Shown here in pieces: positions 8,291 through 17,966 of a stretch of 64,000 nt of DNA; the first letter of the stretch is position 1; each line of letters opens with the position of its first letter. Below the pieces are notes generated by a model. That model did no database searches and was not told where the DNA came from. It was given only the letters and a program-made list of their open reading frames with translations. The position numbers and the translations under genes are program-made. Origin of the DNA: an uncultured Antarcticibacterium sp. (GTDB lineage: Bacteria; Bacteroidota; Bacteroidia; Flavobacteriales; Flavobacteriaceae); assembly GCA_964636585.1 (NCBI GenBank), contig CAZWSP010000001.1, positions 17,715 through 81,714 on the forward strand, given 5' to 3'.

Positions 8291-9304
8291 ATGAGCAACG
8301 ATAAAGAAAGAGAAGCAAAATTAAAAGCCCTGAAGCTTACATTAGATAAAATGGACAAGACCTACGGAAAAGGTACTGTGATGAAAATGAGCGATCAAGC
8401 CATATTGGATATTGAAGCTATTTCTACAGGTTCCTTAGGATTAAACGTTGCATTAGGTGTTGGCGGATATCCTCGCGGGAGAGTTATTGAGATTTACGGA
8501 CCAGAATCTTCTGGAAAAACAACCCTTACATTACACGCGATTGCTGAAGCTCAAAAAGCAGGTGGAATTGCAGCATTTATAGATGCAGAACATGCTTTTG
8601 ATAGATTTTATGCTGAAAACTTAGGGGTAGATCTTGAAAACCTTATTATATCACAACCAGATAACGGGGAACAAGCATTAGAAATCACAGATAATTTAAT
8701 TCGTTCTGGAGCTATAGATATTATTGTAATAGATTCTGTTGCTGCCTTAACTCCAAAAAGTGAAATTGAAGGAGAAATGGGAGATTCTAAAATGGGATTG
8801 CATGCCCGATTAATGTCTCAAGCATTAAGAAAATTAACTGCCAGTATAAGTAAAACTCATTGTACAGTGATTTTCATTAACCAATTAAGAGAAAAGATTG
8901 GAGTAATGTTTGGGAATCCTGAAACTACTACAGGTGGAAATGCACTTAAATTCTACGCTTCGGTTAGATTGGATATTAGAAGATCCACTCAAATTAAAGA
9001 TAGCAATAGCAACGTTCTTGGAAACAAGACTCGAGTAAAAGTTGTAAAGAACAAAGTGGCGCCGCCATTTAGAACTGCCGAATTCGATATTATGTATGGA
9101 GAAGGAATTTCTAAGCTAGGAGAGATCATAGACATAGGAGTAGATTACGAAATAATAAAGAAGAGCGGATCTTGGTTTAGTTATGAAGATACTAAACTTG
9201 GGCAAGGTAGAGATGCGGTAAAAGCAGTACTAAAAGATAATCCAGAATTGATGGATGAGCTTGAAGTAAAAATTGTGAATGCCATAAAAATCGCCAAGGA
9301 ATAA
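8291..9304 (+). CDS. recA: Recombinase RecA
   Basis: [41 protein letters not shown]. Confidence 0.99.
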   Translation: MSNDKEREAKLKALKLTLDKMDKTYGKGTVMKMSDQAILDIEAISTGSLGLNVALGVGGYPRGRVIEIYGPESSGKTTLTLHAIAEAQKAGGIAAFIDAEHAFDRFYAENLGVDLENLIISQPDNGEQALEITDNLIRSGAIDIIVIDSVAALTPKSEIEGEMGDSKMGLHARLMSQALRKLTASISKTHCTVIFINQLREKIGVMFGNPETTTGGNALKFYASVRLDIRRSTQIKDSNSNVLGNKTRVKVVKNKVAPPFRTAEFDIMYGEGISKLGEIIDIGVDYEIIKKSGSWFSYEDTKLGQGRDAVKAVLKDNPELMDELEVKIVNAIKIAKE

Positions 9305-9328
9305 GCGCTGTTTTTTCCATATTTTAAT

Positions 9329-9355
9329 AAAATCCCGCATTAGCGGGATTTTTTA
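9329..9355 (+). terminator. recA terminator
   Basis: aaaatcccgc-atta-gcgggatttttt. Confidence 0.8.
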
Positions 9356-9363
9356 ATAAACAT

Positions 9364-9391
9364 ACGCAACCAATTAGTTAAAAATGCATCT
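9364..9391 (+). promoter_or_regulatory. Putative ECF sigma autoregulatory promoter (ACGCAACC-N14-GCATCT)
   Basis: AAC-containing -35 box and a -10 box, located between the recA terminator and the ECF operon. Duplicated at 8199-8226. Confidence 0.7.
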
Positions 9392-9429
9392 GTAAATTAC
9401 ATAACCCGCAAAGTTTACCCATTTCTAAA

Positions 9430-9846
9430 ATGAAAAAATTGCTGTTGTTAATTTCTGTCTTTTTTGCGCTTAGTTGCTCAAAAGATAGATCTGACTCAAC
9501 AATTCAAGAACTGGCGTCGATTACAGCTGTAGATCTCCCTGAGAGTTTGGTTTATGGACAGGCTTACGAGTTTGACGTTCATTTTAAAAAAACTACGAAT
9601 TGTTACTATTTTTCGGGATTCGATGTCTCTAAAAAGAATAACAATATTGTGGTTGGAGTTGTAAATAGCTTAAATACAAATGACCACGATTGTATTGCAA
9701 CAGGTTATACACCAGATACAGCAAAATTAAATTTTGTTGTAGAACGTGAAGATTTTTATATCTTTAAGTTCTGGCAAGGAAGATCTTCAGTAGGTGAAGA
9801 TCGGTTTCTAACTAAGGAAGTCCCCATAGTTCCTCCAGAAAATTAA
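9430..9846 (+). CDS. Lipoprotein of unknown function, first gene of the ECF operon
   Basis: Lipobox LSC after MKK plus a hydrophobic stretch; two further Cys residues; beta-rich. Confidence 0.8.
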   Translation: MKKLLLLISVFFALSCSKDRSDSTIQELASITAVDLPESLVYGQAYEFDVHFKKTTNCYYFSGFDVSKKNNNIVVGVVNSLNTNDHDCIATGYTPDTAKLNFVVEREDFYIFKFWQGRSSVGEDRFLTKEVPIVPPEN

Positions 9847-9874
9847 ATTTATATTAACAAATCGACCCTAACAT

Positions 9875-10417
9875 TTGAGTTTAGATCAACTCATACACAA
9901 TTGTAAAAAGCAGGATATTAAGGCACAGGAACAATTATATAGGCTTTATGCCAATAAATTGTTTGCTGTATGTCTAAAATATTCTAATAGCTATCAGCAA
10001 GCAGAGGATAATCTGCAGGATGGCTTTATGATCATTTTTGACAAGATTAAACAATACCAAGATAAAGGTTCTTTTGAGGGTTGGATGAAGCGTATTATGA
10101 TAAATACCACGCTTCAGAAATATAGAAAACAAACGGTTTTTGAGATTGTTAATGAAGAACACTTAAAAGAACCGGAAATAGAGATAGATGACGAATTAGT
10201 ATCTGTAGATTATTTATTAAAGATTATACAGGAACTACCAGACAGATACAGACAAGTTTTTAACTTTTATGCACTAGATGGATATTCACACAAAGAAATT
10301 TCAGACATGCTGGATATTTCTGTGGGAACTTCAAAATCTAATCTCTCGAGAGCAAGAATAATATTAAAAGAGAAGATTGAAGCCAACCAAGTTGAGGCTG
10401 CGGTTCATTCTAGTTAG
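9875..10417 (+). CDS. ECF RNA polymerase sigma factor
   Basis: Region 2 AEDNLQDGF...GSFEGWMKRI; region 4 LPDRYRQVF...GYSHKEIS.ML.ISVGTSKSNLSRAR. TTG start. Confidence 0.93.
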   Translation: MSLDQLIHNCKKQDIKAQEQLYRLYANKLFAVCLKYSNSYQQAEDNLQDGFMIIFDKIKQYQDKGSFEGWMKRIMINTTLQKYRKQTVFEIVNEEHLKEPEIEIDDELVSVDYLLKIIQELPDRYRQVFNFYALDGYSHKEISDMLDISVGTSKSNLSRARIILKEKIEANQVEAAVHSS

Positions 10418-10419
10418 TA

Positions 10420-11748
10420 ATGGAGGAAAGAAAACATATAGACAGAGTATTTCAAGAGAAATTCAAGGATTTCGAAGCTACCCCGCGTGAAGTGGTGTGG
10501 GACTCTATTTCTGCTCGATTAAAAAATAACCAAAGAAAGAAAGGCGTTGTTCCAATCTGGTATAAAATGGCTGGAGTTGCGGCAATTCTGGCGCTTTTTA
10601 TTAACTACGCTACAGGCCTCTTTAAAATTTCTGAAACCGGAAATGCTACTGCCTCTTCCCTAGTTGAAGATAATACATTAACCATAAGTCTAGCTTCTCA
10701 AGATTATACAGAGAATATGATTAGATCCTCCATTATCCTCAAAGCGATAATGCAAGACACCAATAAAAAACAATCTTTCGATATTGATCAAACAAGATCT
10801 GATATAGAAAACTCTCAAGGCGTTATTGCTGCAAACACTAAGGAAATAAAAGTTATTCCTTTAGTTTCGAAAGACAAATACACTTTTAGAGATTATAATA
10901 ATACTGTTGTAAATAATTCTACTACTGTAGAAGTAAAGAAAACTTCATCTTCAAACTTAAAAGATCTTCCAATTCCAGGAAATAAAACAGAAGCTGAAAC
11001 TTCAGAAATAGCTGTTGCATCTAAAAAATTAAGAGTGTCTACTATGGCAGCTCCAATTTTTTATGATAATTTTGGAAATGGAACTGCAATCGATGCGCAA
11101 TTCGCTAACAATGAAAGCAGTGGAGAATTATCTATTTCTTACGGAATTAATTTAGCGTATCAAATTTCAGAAAAAATTAAAATAAGATCTGGGATTAGCA
11201 AAGTAGATCTTAGTTATAATACAAAGAATATCGCTTTTACAGCTGCAGTAAATCCTACAGCTCTTAACGGAATTAATTATGCCGATGGGAATATTCCTAA
11301 TTACAGAATAGAAAACAGAGTTGTTCGTCCATTCAACAATCTTAATGCTTCAGCCGAATTTAACCGAGCAAGTTTAGCATCTCCAACTGCTGGATATATC
11401 AATCAGAAACTTGGATTTATCGAAGTTCCTTTGGAAATTGAATATGTGCTAGTAGATAAGAAATTTGGAGTGAATATAATCGGTGGTGGAAGTACATTGT
11501 TCTTAGATGATAACATGATCTCTCTTAATTCATCAGATTTCTCTACTAATCTAGGAGAAGCGAATAACTTGAACACTATTAGTTTTAGTACGAACATTGG
11601 AGTTGGATTAGATTATAACATCTCTCCACAATTCGAATTGAATTTGGAACCAATCTTTAAGTATCAGTTAAATACCTTCAGCAAAACTACAGGAAATGTG
11701 AATCCTTATTACTTCGGGGTTTATTCTGGATTCAGCTTTAAATTCTAG
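10420..11748 (+). CDS. Putative anti-sigma factor with C-terminal outer-membrane beta-barrel
   Basis: Short N-terminal domain (IDRVFQEKF...VWDSI), one TM helix, S/T/N-rich linker, amphipathic beta strands ending YSGFSFKF. Starts 2 nt after the sigma stop codon. Confidence 0.75.
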   Translation: MEERKHIDRVFQEKFKDFEATPREVVWDSISARLKNNQRKKGVVPIWYKMAGVAAILALFINYATGLFKISETGNATASSLVEDNTLTISLASQDYTENMIRSSIILKAIMQDTNKKQSFDIDQTRSDIENSQGVIAANTKEIKVIPLVSKDKYTFRDYNNTVVNNSTTVEVKKTSSSNLKDLPIPGNKTEAETSEIAVASKKLRVSTMAAPIFYDNFGNGTAIDAQFANNESSGELSISYGINLAYQISEKIKIRSGISKVDLSYNTKNIAFTAAVNPTALNGINYADGNIPNYRIENRVVRPFNNLNASAEFNRASLASPTAGYINQKLGFIEVPLEIEYVLVDKKFGVNIIGGGSTLFLDDNMISLNSSDFSTNLGEANNLNTISFSTNIGVGLDYNISPQFELNLEPIFKYQLNTFSKTTGNVNPYYFGVYSGFSFKF

Positions 11749-11754
11749 AGAAAC

Positions 11755-12495
11755 CTACAAGGATGGATTTCTCAATTCGTTTAAAATAGTATCGTAAACT
11801 TCTTTTTTCAAGGTCCTTTTTTCTTCTTGATCCATATTTACAGTTGGAACCATTTCATGAACTTTCGCTCTCATTATTCCGGGCCTACCTGAGAAAAAAG
11901 TATAGGAAAAGCGTTTCTTATTATCATGAAAAGTAATTGGCACAATTGGAATTTGATGATCTATCGCCAGTCTAAATGCACCGTCTTTAAATGCAACAAG
12001 TTCCCTAGATTTATCGTCTGGCACTCCACCTTCAGGAAAGATACAAATACTGTTTCCTTGGTTTAATCTGCGTTGTGCTTCTTTAAATACGCGCAATCTG
12101 CTTTGCTGATTTCCACGATCTACTACGATACATGTCCTTTTATAGAAGAATCCGAATAAAGGAATTTTTGTAAGTTCCTTTTTTCCAACAAAAATGAAGG
12201 GATGATCTATCACAGCCAACATCATCATTATATCAATAATAGAAGTATGATTTGCCACAAACATATAACTGTTACCCTTAACTAAATTAGCAGCATCTAA
12301 TTTCTTCGGAATAAAACCCATTCCGTATAAAATGCTTTTTGCCCAGATCCTAGTGCAATAGAAGTATTGTGGGTAGAATTTTTCAGAAGAAGAAAATAAA
12401 AGCAAAAAGGGGAACATAACTATTATAGGCAGGCCTAAAAGTATGTAGAACCAAATTCGCCACAAGGCAATAAAAAAATTTCTGAAAATATTCAT
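11755..12495 (-). CDS. 1-acyl-sn-glycerol-3-phosphate acyltransferase (PlsC family)
   Basis: NHTSIID (HxxxxD), FPEGG, FKDGAF. Confidence 0.88.
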   Translation of the reverse strand: MNIFRNFFIALWRIWFYILLGLPIIVMFPFLLLFSSSEKFYPQYFYCTRIWAKSILYGMGFIPKKLDAANLVKGNSYMFVANHTSIIDIMMMLAVIDHPFIFVGKKELTKIPLFGFFYKRTCIVVDRGNQQSRLRVFKEAQRRLNQGNSICIFPEGGVPDDKSRELVAFKDGAFRLAIDHQIPIVPITFHDNKKRFSYTFFSGRPGIMRAKVHEMVPTVNMDQEEKRTLKKEVYDTILNELRNPSL

Positions 12496-12542
12496 AGGAA
12501 TCAAAAATACTAAAATGAATTAAGCGAATTGAACAAAAGAAG

Positions 12543-12550
12543 TACCTTTG
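12543..12550 (+). promoter_or_regulatory. -7 box (TAccTTTG) for trpS
   Basis: TAnnTTTG 19 nt before the ATG. Confidence 0.65.
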
Positions 12551-12569
12551 TGAAAATTTAAAAAAGTCC

Positions 12570-13538
12570 ATGGCTAGAATACTTACTGGCGTACAAAGCA
12601 CAGGAACCCCACATTTAGGAAACTTACTTGGCGCAATTATTCCCGCAATAGAAATGGCGAATAAGCCAGAGAACGAATCATTTTTATTTATTGCAGATCT
12701 TCATTCGTTAACTCAGATTAAAAACCCGAAAGTTTTAAGGGAAAACACCTACTCTACTGCCGCTACTTGGCTTGCATTTGGGTTAGATATTGAGAAAACG
12801 GTTTTTTATAGACAAAGTGATATTCCACAAGTAACCGAACTTTCCTGGTACTTAAGCTGTTTCTTTCCATATCAAAGATTAACACTGGCACATTCTTTTA
12901 AAGATAAGGCGGATAGGTTAGAAGATGTGAACTCTGGACTTTTCTCTTATCCTATGCTTATGGCTGCAGATATCTTGTTGTATGATGCACAAATAGTTCC
13001 GGTAGGAAAAGATCAATTACAGCATATAGAAATGACCCGAGATGTGGCTTCCAGATTCCACGCGCAAATGGGTGAAACCTTTGTAATGCCTGAAGCTAAG
13101 GTGGAAGAATATGCTAAATATATCCCGGGTACAGATGGCGGGAAGATGAGCAAATCTAACAACAACTTTATCAATCTTTTCTTGCCAGATAAGCAACTTA
13201 GAAAGCAGATCATGGGCATCCAGACAGATAGCACTCCAATGGAAGCGCCAAAAGATCCTGATACTTGTAATGTTTTTGCTATTTATAAATTTATTGGAAA
13301 CAACACTCAAGTAGAAGGACTTCGGGAAAAATACCTTGCAGGTAATTTTGGCTATGGTCATGCCAAGCAAGCGTTATATGAACTGATAACCGAAAAGTAT
13401 GCTACCCAACGAGAAAAATATACCTATTATATGAATAACTTATCTGAAATTGATGCAGCTTTAGAAAAAGGTGCTACCAAAGCAACAGTTGTTGCTAATT
13501 CGGTTTTAGGAAAAGTAAGATCGAAATTGGGTTATTAA
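12570..13538 (+). CDS. trpS: Tryptophan--tRNA ligase
   Basis: PHLGN (HIGH), YPMLMAADIL, VPVGKDQ, KMSKS. Confidence 0.97.
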   Translation: MARILTGVQSTGTPHLGNLLGAIIPAIEMANKPENESFLFIADLHSLTQIKNPKVLRENTYSTAATWLAFGLDIEKTVFYRQSDIPQVTELSWYLSCFFPYQRLTLAHSFKDKADRLEDVNSGLFSYPMLMAADILLYDAQIVPVGKDQLQHIEMTRDVASRFHAQMGETFVMPEAKVEEYAKYIPGTDGGKMSKSNNNFINLFLPDKQLRKQIMGIQTDSTPMEAPKDPDTCNVFAIYKFIGNNTQVEGLREKYLAGNFGYGHAKQALYELITEKYATQREKYTYYMNNLSEIDAALEKGATKATVVANSVLGKVRSKLGY

Positions 13539-14635
13539 ATAGCTTCAAATAATTTACCGGGAAGTGGGCGAATAGCTCCTTTCAATTCCATTTCTAACAA
13601 AATGCCCGCAGCTTTATAGGTGGGCATTTTGCAGTTAAGAGCAATAAAGTCTAGTTGCTGTTTTCCTGAATCTTGCAGAAAATTATAAAGTACTTGCTCC
13701 TGCGTTTCCAACTCAATAAATAATTGTTTTTGCACCGCTGCCGTTTTTGTTTGAACCTCCCAGTTTAAAATATAAATTAGATCTGCTGCTGAAGTTAAAA
13801 CATGTGCATTTTGAGATTTTATTAAATTAAGACAACCGGAACTTTGCACATCTGTTGGTCTTCCCGGAACTGCAAATACTTCCCTATCATAAGAATTGGC
13901 TATATCTGCTGTAACCAGCGAGCCTCCTTTTTCTGCGCTTTCAATCACCACCGTTGCTTCACTTAGGCCAGCTATCACCCTGTTCCGCTTTAAAAAATTA
14001 TTTCTATCAAATTTATCGGTGCTCCAAAAGTCGGTAAAGAAACCTCCATTTTCTTCTAGACTTTTTCTGTATTTAGCGTGGGTTGGTGGGTATAACTGAT
14101 TAAACCCGTGAGCTAGACAACCTATGGTTTGCAAACCGTTTTTTATGGCAGCTTTATGGGCAGTAATGTCTACGCCATAGGCAAATCCAGAAATTATTAC
14201 CGGATTCAGTGGGGCAAGATCTTCTATAAGCTTTTCACAAAATGCAGTTCCAGCAGCGGTGATCTTTCTAGTTCCAACAATGCTGAGGATCTTCTTTCCA
14301 ACAAGATCTATCTTTCCTTTGGAAAAGAGCATGATGGGGCCATCATTGCAATGCTTCAGTTTTTCTGGATAATCTTTGTCTAGATAATAGTGATACTTAA
14401 TCTGATTCTTCTGAGTAAATTTTAATTCGGCTTCAGCCATTCTAAATCTTTCGGCATCAAAAAGTCCTTCAATCTTAATTTTTCCAATTCCATCAATTTT
14501 TAAAAGGCTGTCTTTTCTCGCTTTAAAAATTGCTTCCGCAGAGCCCAAATGTCTTATAAGTTTTTTCGCTGTGCTATCTCCAAGATTTGGAGCGCTTTGG
14601 AGCGCTAGCACAGAAAGTAATTCAGAATCAGTCAT
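13535..14635 (-). CDS. dprA: DNA-processing protein DprA
   Basis: SIVGTR, SGFAYGVD..AH, RNRVIAGLS, ESAEKGGSL.TA, FAVPG and a C-terminal winged helix. Stop codon overlaps the trpS stop. Confidence 0.93.
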   Translation of the reverse strand: MTDSELLSVLALQSAPNLGDSTAKKLIRHLGSAEAIFKARKDSLLKIDGIGKIKIEGLFDAERFRMAEAELKFTQKNQIKYHYYLDKDYPEKLKHCNDGPIMLFSKGKIDLVGKKILSIVGTRKITAAGTAFCEKLIEDLAPLNPVIISGFAYGVDITAHKAAIKNGLQTIGCLAHGFNQLYPPTHAKYRKSLEENGGFFTDFWSTDKFDRNNFLKRNRVIAGLSEATVVIESAEKGGSLVTADIANSYDREVFAVPGRPTDVQSSGCLNLIKSQNAHVLTSAADLIYILNWEVQTKTAAVQKQLFIELETQEQVLYNFLQDSGKQQLDFIALNCKMPTYKAAGILLEMELKGAIRPLPGKLFEAI

Positions 14636-14812
14636 AAACAAAGAATTGCAGAAATTTATTTTTTTAATGAATATAAAATAATTAAATGGTATTTAACTGA
14701 TTTACAATAGCTTCCGAAGGAATTATCTTAGCACATTTCTAATAAAAAGATTTGTTAATAAGATATCTTTGGCTATTTTTAGGGTATCACTAAAATTCCT
14801 ATTTTTGTTTTG

Positions 14813-15745
14813 ATGACTATAGCTACCTACATTTCCGACTTACTTTATAGATACGAGTGTGTAATTTTGCCAGGATTTGGAGCCTTTTTAACGCAAAAGG
14901 TTTCAGCCCAGTACAATGAGAAAGAGCAAAATTTCTATCCTCCAAAAAAGCAGATCTCTTTTAACTCTCAGCTTACCAAAAATGATGGGTTATTAGCAAA
15001 TTATATTGCTGAAGTGGAAAACATAGGATACAAACAGGCTATGTTTAAAATTGAAGAATACGTACTTCAGTTACAGTTGCAATTAGAGCGTGAAAACAAT
15101 TTCAGCTTAAAAAATATTGGAATTATAGAGGTTTCTGAAGAAAAAAAGCTTCAGTTCACTCCTCTTGCAACTTCTAACTTTTTATCGGCATCTTTTGGTC
15201 TAGCTCAAATTCCAGGAATTGGAGTAACTAGAGAAGAACTTAAGAAAGAAGTTGAAGCACTAGAAGAAAAAGCACCAATTTTATTTACTCCTGAGAGAAG
15301 AAATAAAATTCCTTATTTAAAATATGCTGCTATTGGATTGCTTGCTATTGGACTTACCGGTTTTACAGGTTTAAAATTATATAGTAATCAGGTTACAGAT
15401 CATAATATAGCAGAACAACAAGCTGCAGAGTCTCAACTTCAGCAAAAAATTCAGCAAGCCACTTTTGTAATAGACAATCCACTTCCTGAGATCACTTTTA
15501 CGGTAACTAACCAAAGTGGAAACTACCATATTGTTGCGGGAGCTTTTCGTGTAGAAGAGAATGCGCATCAAAAAGTGGAAGAACTTCGCGCTGCAGGCCA
15601 TAAAGCTCGTTATATCGGAGAAAACAGATACGGTTTACATCAAGTGGTGTATAGCAGTTTTCAATCCAGAAGAGATGCAATTAATGCTTTAAGAGCAATT
15701 CAAAAGACTGACTCTGGTTCATGGTTGCTTACTCAAGAACTTTAG
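14813..15745 (+). CDS. HU/CCDC81-like domain, TM helix and SPOR-domain protein
   Basis: N-terminal ISDLLYRYECVILPGFGAF...NDGLL; TM helix at about aa 170-190; C-terminal YHIVAGAFR..ENA SPOR repeat. Confidence 0.8.
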   Translation: MTIATYISDLLYRYECVILPGFGAFLTQKVSAQYNEKEQNFYPPKKQISFNSQLTKNDGLLANYIAEVENIGYKQAMFKIEEYVLQLQLQLERENNFSLKNIGIIEVSEEKKLQFTPLATSNFLSASFGLAQIPGIGVTREELKKEVEALEEKAPILFTPERRNKIPYLKYAAIGLLAIGLTGFTGLKLYSNQVTDHNIAEQQAAESQLQQKIQQATFVIDNPLPEITFTVTNQSGNYHIVAGAFRVEENAHQKVEELRAAGHKARYIGENRYGLHQVVYSSFQSRRDAINALRAIQKTDSGSWLLTQEL

Positions 15746-15803
15746 GATTCCATTAACTTGTTTAGACTAGCTTAGCAATGTACCTTTGCCCAAAATTGGC
15801 GCA

Positions 15804-16313
15804 ATGGAAGCAAGAACACCTAAAGATTCCCGTACTATTCTTACCGACTTGGTTTTACCAAGCGAAACCAATCCCTTGAATAATCTTTTTGGAGGTGAAC
15901 TATTGGCTCGTATGGACAGAGCTGCAAGTATTGCTGCCCGTAGACATAGTAGAAGAATTGTGGTAACTGCTTCTGTAAATCATGTAGCTTTTAACAAGGC
16001 TATTCCTTTAGGAAGTGTTGTTACTGTTGAAGCTGCCGTTTCTCGCGCTTTTAAGAGCTCTATGGAGATCTTTATAGATGTTTGGGTAGAAGACAGAGAA
16101 AGCGGAAGAAGATCTAAAGCAAACGAAGCTATATACACATTTGTTGCTGTAGATGAAACTGGCGCTCCTGTGCTGGTTCCTGAATTAACTCCTGAAACTG
16201 ATCTAGAAGTAGATAGATTTGAAGCTGCATTAAGAAGAAAGCAATTGAGTTTGGTTTTAGCTGGAAAAATGAAGCCACAAGATGCTACCGAGTTAAAGGC
16301 TTTATTCGAATAA
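15804..16313 (+). CDS. Acyl-CoA thioesterase (hotdog fold, YciA-like)
   Basis: N.LNNLFGGELL..MD, VVTASV, YTFVAVD. -7 box tacctttg at 15781-15788. Confidence 0.9.
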   Translation: MEARTPKDSRTILTDLVLPSETNPLNNLFGGELLARMDRAASIAARRHSRRIVVTASVNHVAFNKAIPLGSVVTVEAAVSRAFKSSMEIFIDVWVEDRESGRRSKANEAIYTFVAVDETGAPVLVPELTPETDLEVDRFEAALRRKQLSLVLAGKMKPQDATELKALFE

Positions 16314-16318
16314 AAATT

Positions 16319-16741
16319 CTAAGTATTTATTTCCTTATCCTCTTCTAAATTATTAAGAAGCGCTTCTTTAAATTTCTCTGGAAATTTGGGATAGACGTGC
16401 ATTTCATCATATTTGTTGTATTTCAATAGTACATATATTTTAGGTTGACCATATAAAAATCGAACCCATTTTTTATGTTCTAAGATCTCTACCTCACTTA
16501 TTTTACTGAAATCGATTCGTTTTTTATTAAAAGGTTCATTCAGAATTAACTGTGTTGTTGAAAGACTGTAAACGATATAGGAATGATATATAAAAGGAAA
16601 CAGGAAAAAGAAGAACGGATAAAATAAATAGAGATGCCATTCTTGCTCGTAATAAGCCGTTAAAACCAATACCATAGATAATACAACAAAAAGAATTAGC
16701 GCCGTATTGCCATAATTGGATCTAAATTTTTGTTCCTCCAA
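16319..16741 (-). CDS. Small membrane protein with probable bacterial PH-like domain
   Basis: Two N-terminal TM segments, then RIDFSKISEVE...KYNKYDE...P..PEKFKEALL. TTG start immediately after the envC stop. Confidence 0.6.
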   Translation of the reverse strand: MEEQKFRSNYGNTALILFVVLSMVLVLTAYYEQEWHLYLFYPFFFFLFPFIYHSYIVYSLSTTQLILNEPFNKKRIDFSKISEVEILEHKKWVRFLYGQPKIYVLLKYNKYDEMHVYPKFPEKFKEALLNNLEEDKEINT

Positions 16742-16742
16742 A

Positions 16743-17966
16743 TTACATTTTTAAGATCCAGTCTGCAGGATCCATTTTTTCGGTATTCTTGTAAATTAAG
16801 AAGTGTAAAGTAGTTTTCCCTGAACTAGAGCTAGTTGCAACTTCCCCAATATCTTGACCTATAGTTACTGCATCGCCTTTTGTTACATATACGTTAGAAA
16901 GGTTATTATAAATGGTTATGTAATCTCCATGTCTAACCATTATAGCTTTGTTCGCACCTTTCACGGCCTGAACTTCACTAACTGTTCCTCCAAATACTGC
17001 ACGTGCCTTTGTGCCTTTATCGGTGTCTATTCTAACTCCGTTACTGTTTACGGTGGTACTTTTTACAATTGGGTGCGGTTGCGTTCCAAATCGCATACTA
17101 ACAACCCCAGAACGCACTGGCCAAGGTAACTTCCCTTTATTGCTAGCGAAATTTGCTGCCAAAACTTTAGCTTCAGGAGTTAACTCGTACGTATCTCTAG
17201 ATTTTGAACCGCTTTCTTTGTTTGCCTTGGCAATAGATGCACGAATAATTTCGTCTATCTGTTTGTCAATGGCATTCATTTCTTGCTGTTTCTTTTTGAT
17301 TTGTGAAGCAAAATCCCCTTCTTTTTGTCTTATGCTCTTCATAAGAACTTGTTGGGATTGCTTATTTTTTTCCAGTTGCGAGCGAGTAGACCTGTTCTCT
17401 ACGATCAGTTTTTCTTTTACTTTTTTCTGATCTAATAAATGAATATTAAGCGATTGCAATTGTTCAGATTTTACCTTGATCTCGTCTCCTTGTTTCTTTC
17501 TATAATTAGCATATTGCTTCATATACTGAAGCCTTTTATAGGCTTGTAGAAAATTTTGCGAAGACAGCAGGAACATTATTCTGCTCTGTTGGGATTTGCT
17601 TTTATAAGATTTCTGGATCATCTTTCCATAATCTTCCTTTAAGCTTTCCAGTTCTTTTCTTAAGGTTTGAATTTTACTAGTATTCGAACTAATATCTCTT
17701 GTAAGCAAGTTTGCCTGCTGATTGGTAACTTTAATAAGATTTTCTGTAGTTCTAATTTGCCTATCCAGATCTTCAACTTCAGTAAGCACCGATTTTTCGG
17801 CCTTTTTGTTTGAAGACCTTAAATTATTGATTTTTTGGATCTCTTCACGCAACTGAATTCGGCGTTCTTCTAAACTTTCACGCGTGTTTTGAGCGTATAA
17901 ATTTGCACTTCCAATAAATAGAAATACAACAATAAAAATATAGTTGGGATAAGACTTTAACTTCAT
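16743..17966 (-). CDS. envC: EnvC-like murein hydrolase activator (coiled coil plus degenerate M23 domain)
   Basis: Signal peptide, long coiled coil, KGKLPWPV, M23 domain with an incomplete Zn ligand set. Confidence 0.82.
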   Translation of the reverse strand: MKLKSYPNYIFIVVFLFIGSANLYAQNTRESLEERRIQLREEIQKINNLRSSNKKAEKSVLTEVEDLDRQIRTTENLIKVTNQQANLLTRDISSNTSKIQTLRKELESLKEDYGKMIQKSYKSKSQQSRIMFLLSSQNFLQAYKRLQYMKQYANYRKKQGDEIKVKSEQLQSLNIHLLDQKKVKEKLIVENRSTRSQLEKNKQSQQVLMKSIRQKEGDFASQIKKKQQEMNAIDKQIDEIIRASIAKANKESGSKSRDTYELTPEAKVLAANFASNKGKLPWPVRSGVVSMRFGTQPHPIVKSTTVNSNGVRIDTDKGTKARAVFGGTVSEVQAVKGANKAIMVRHGDYITIYNNLSNVYVTKGDAVTIGQDIGEVATSSSSGKTTLHFLIYKNTEKMDPADWILKM

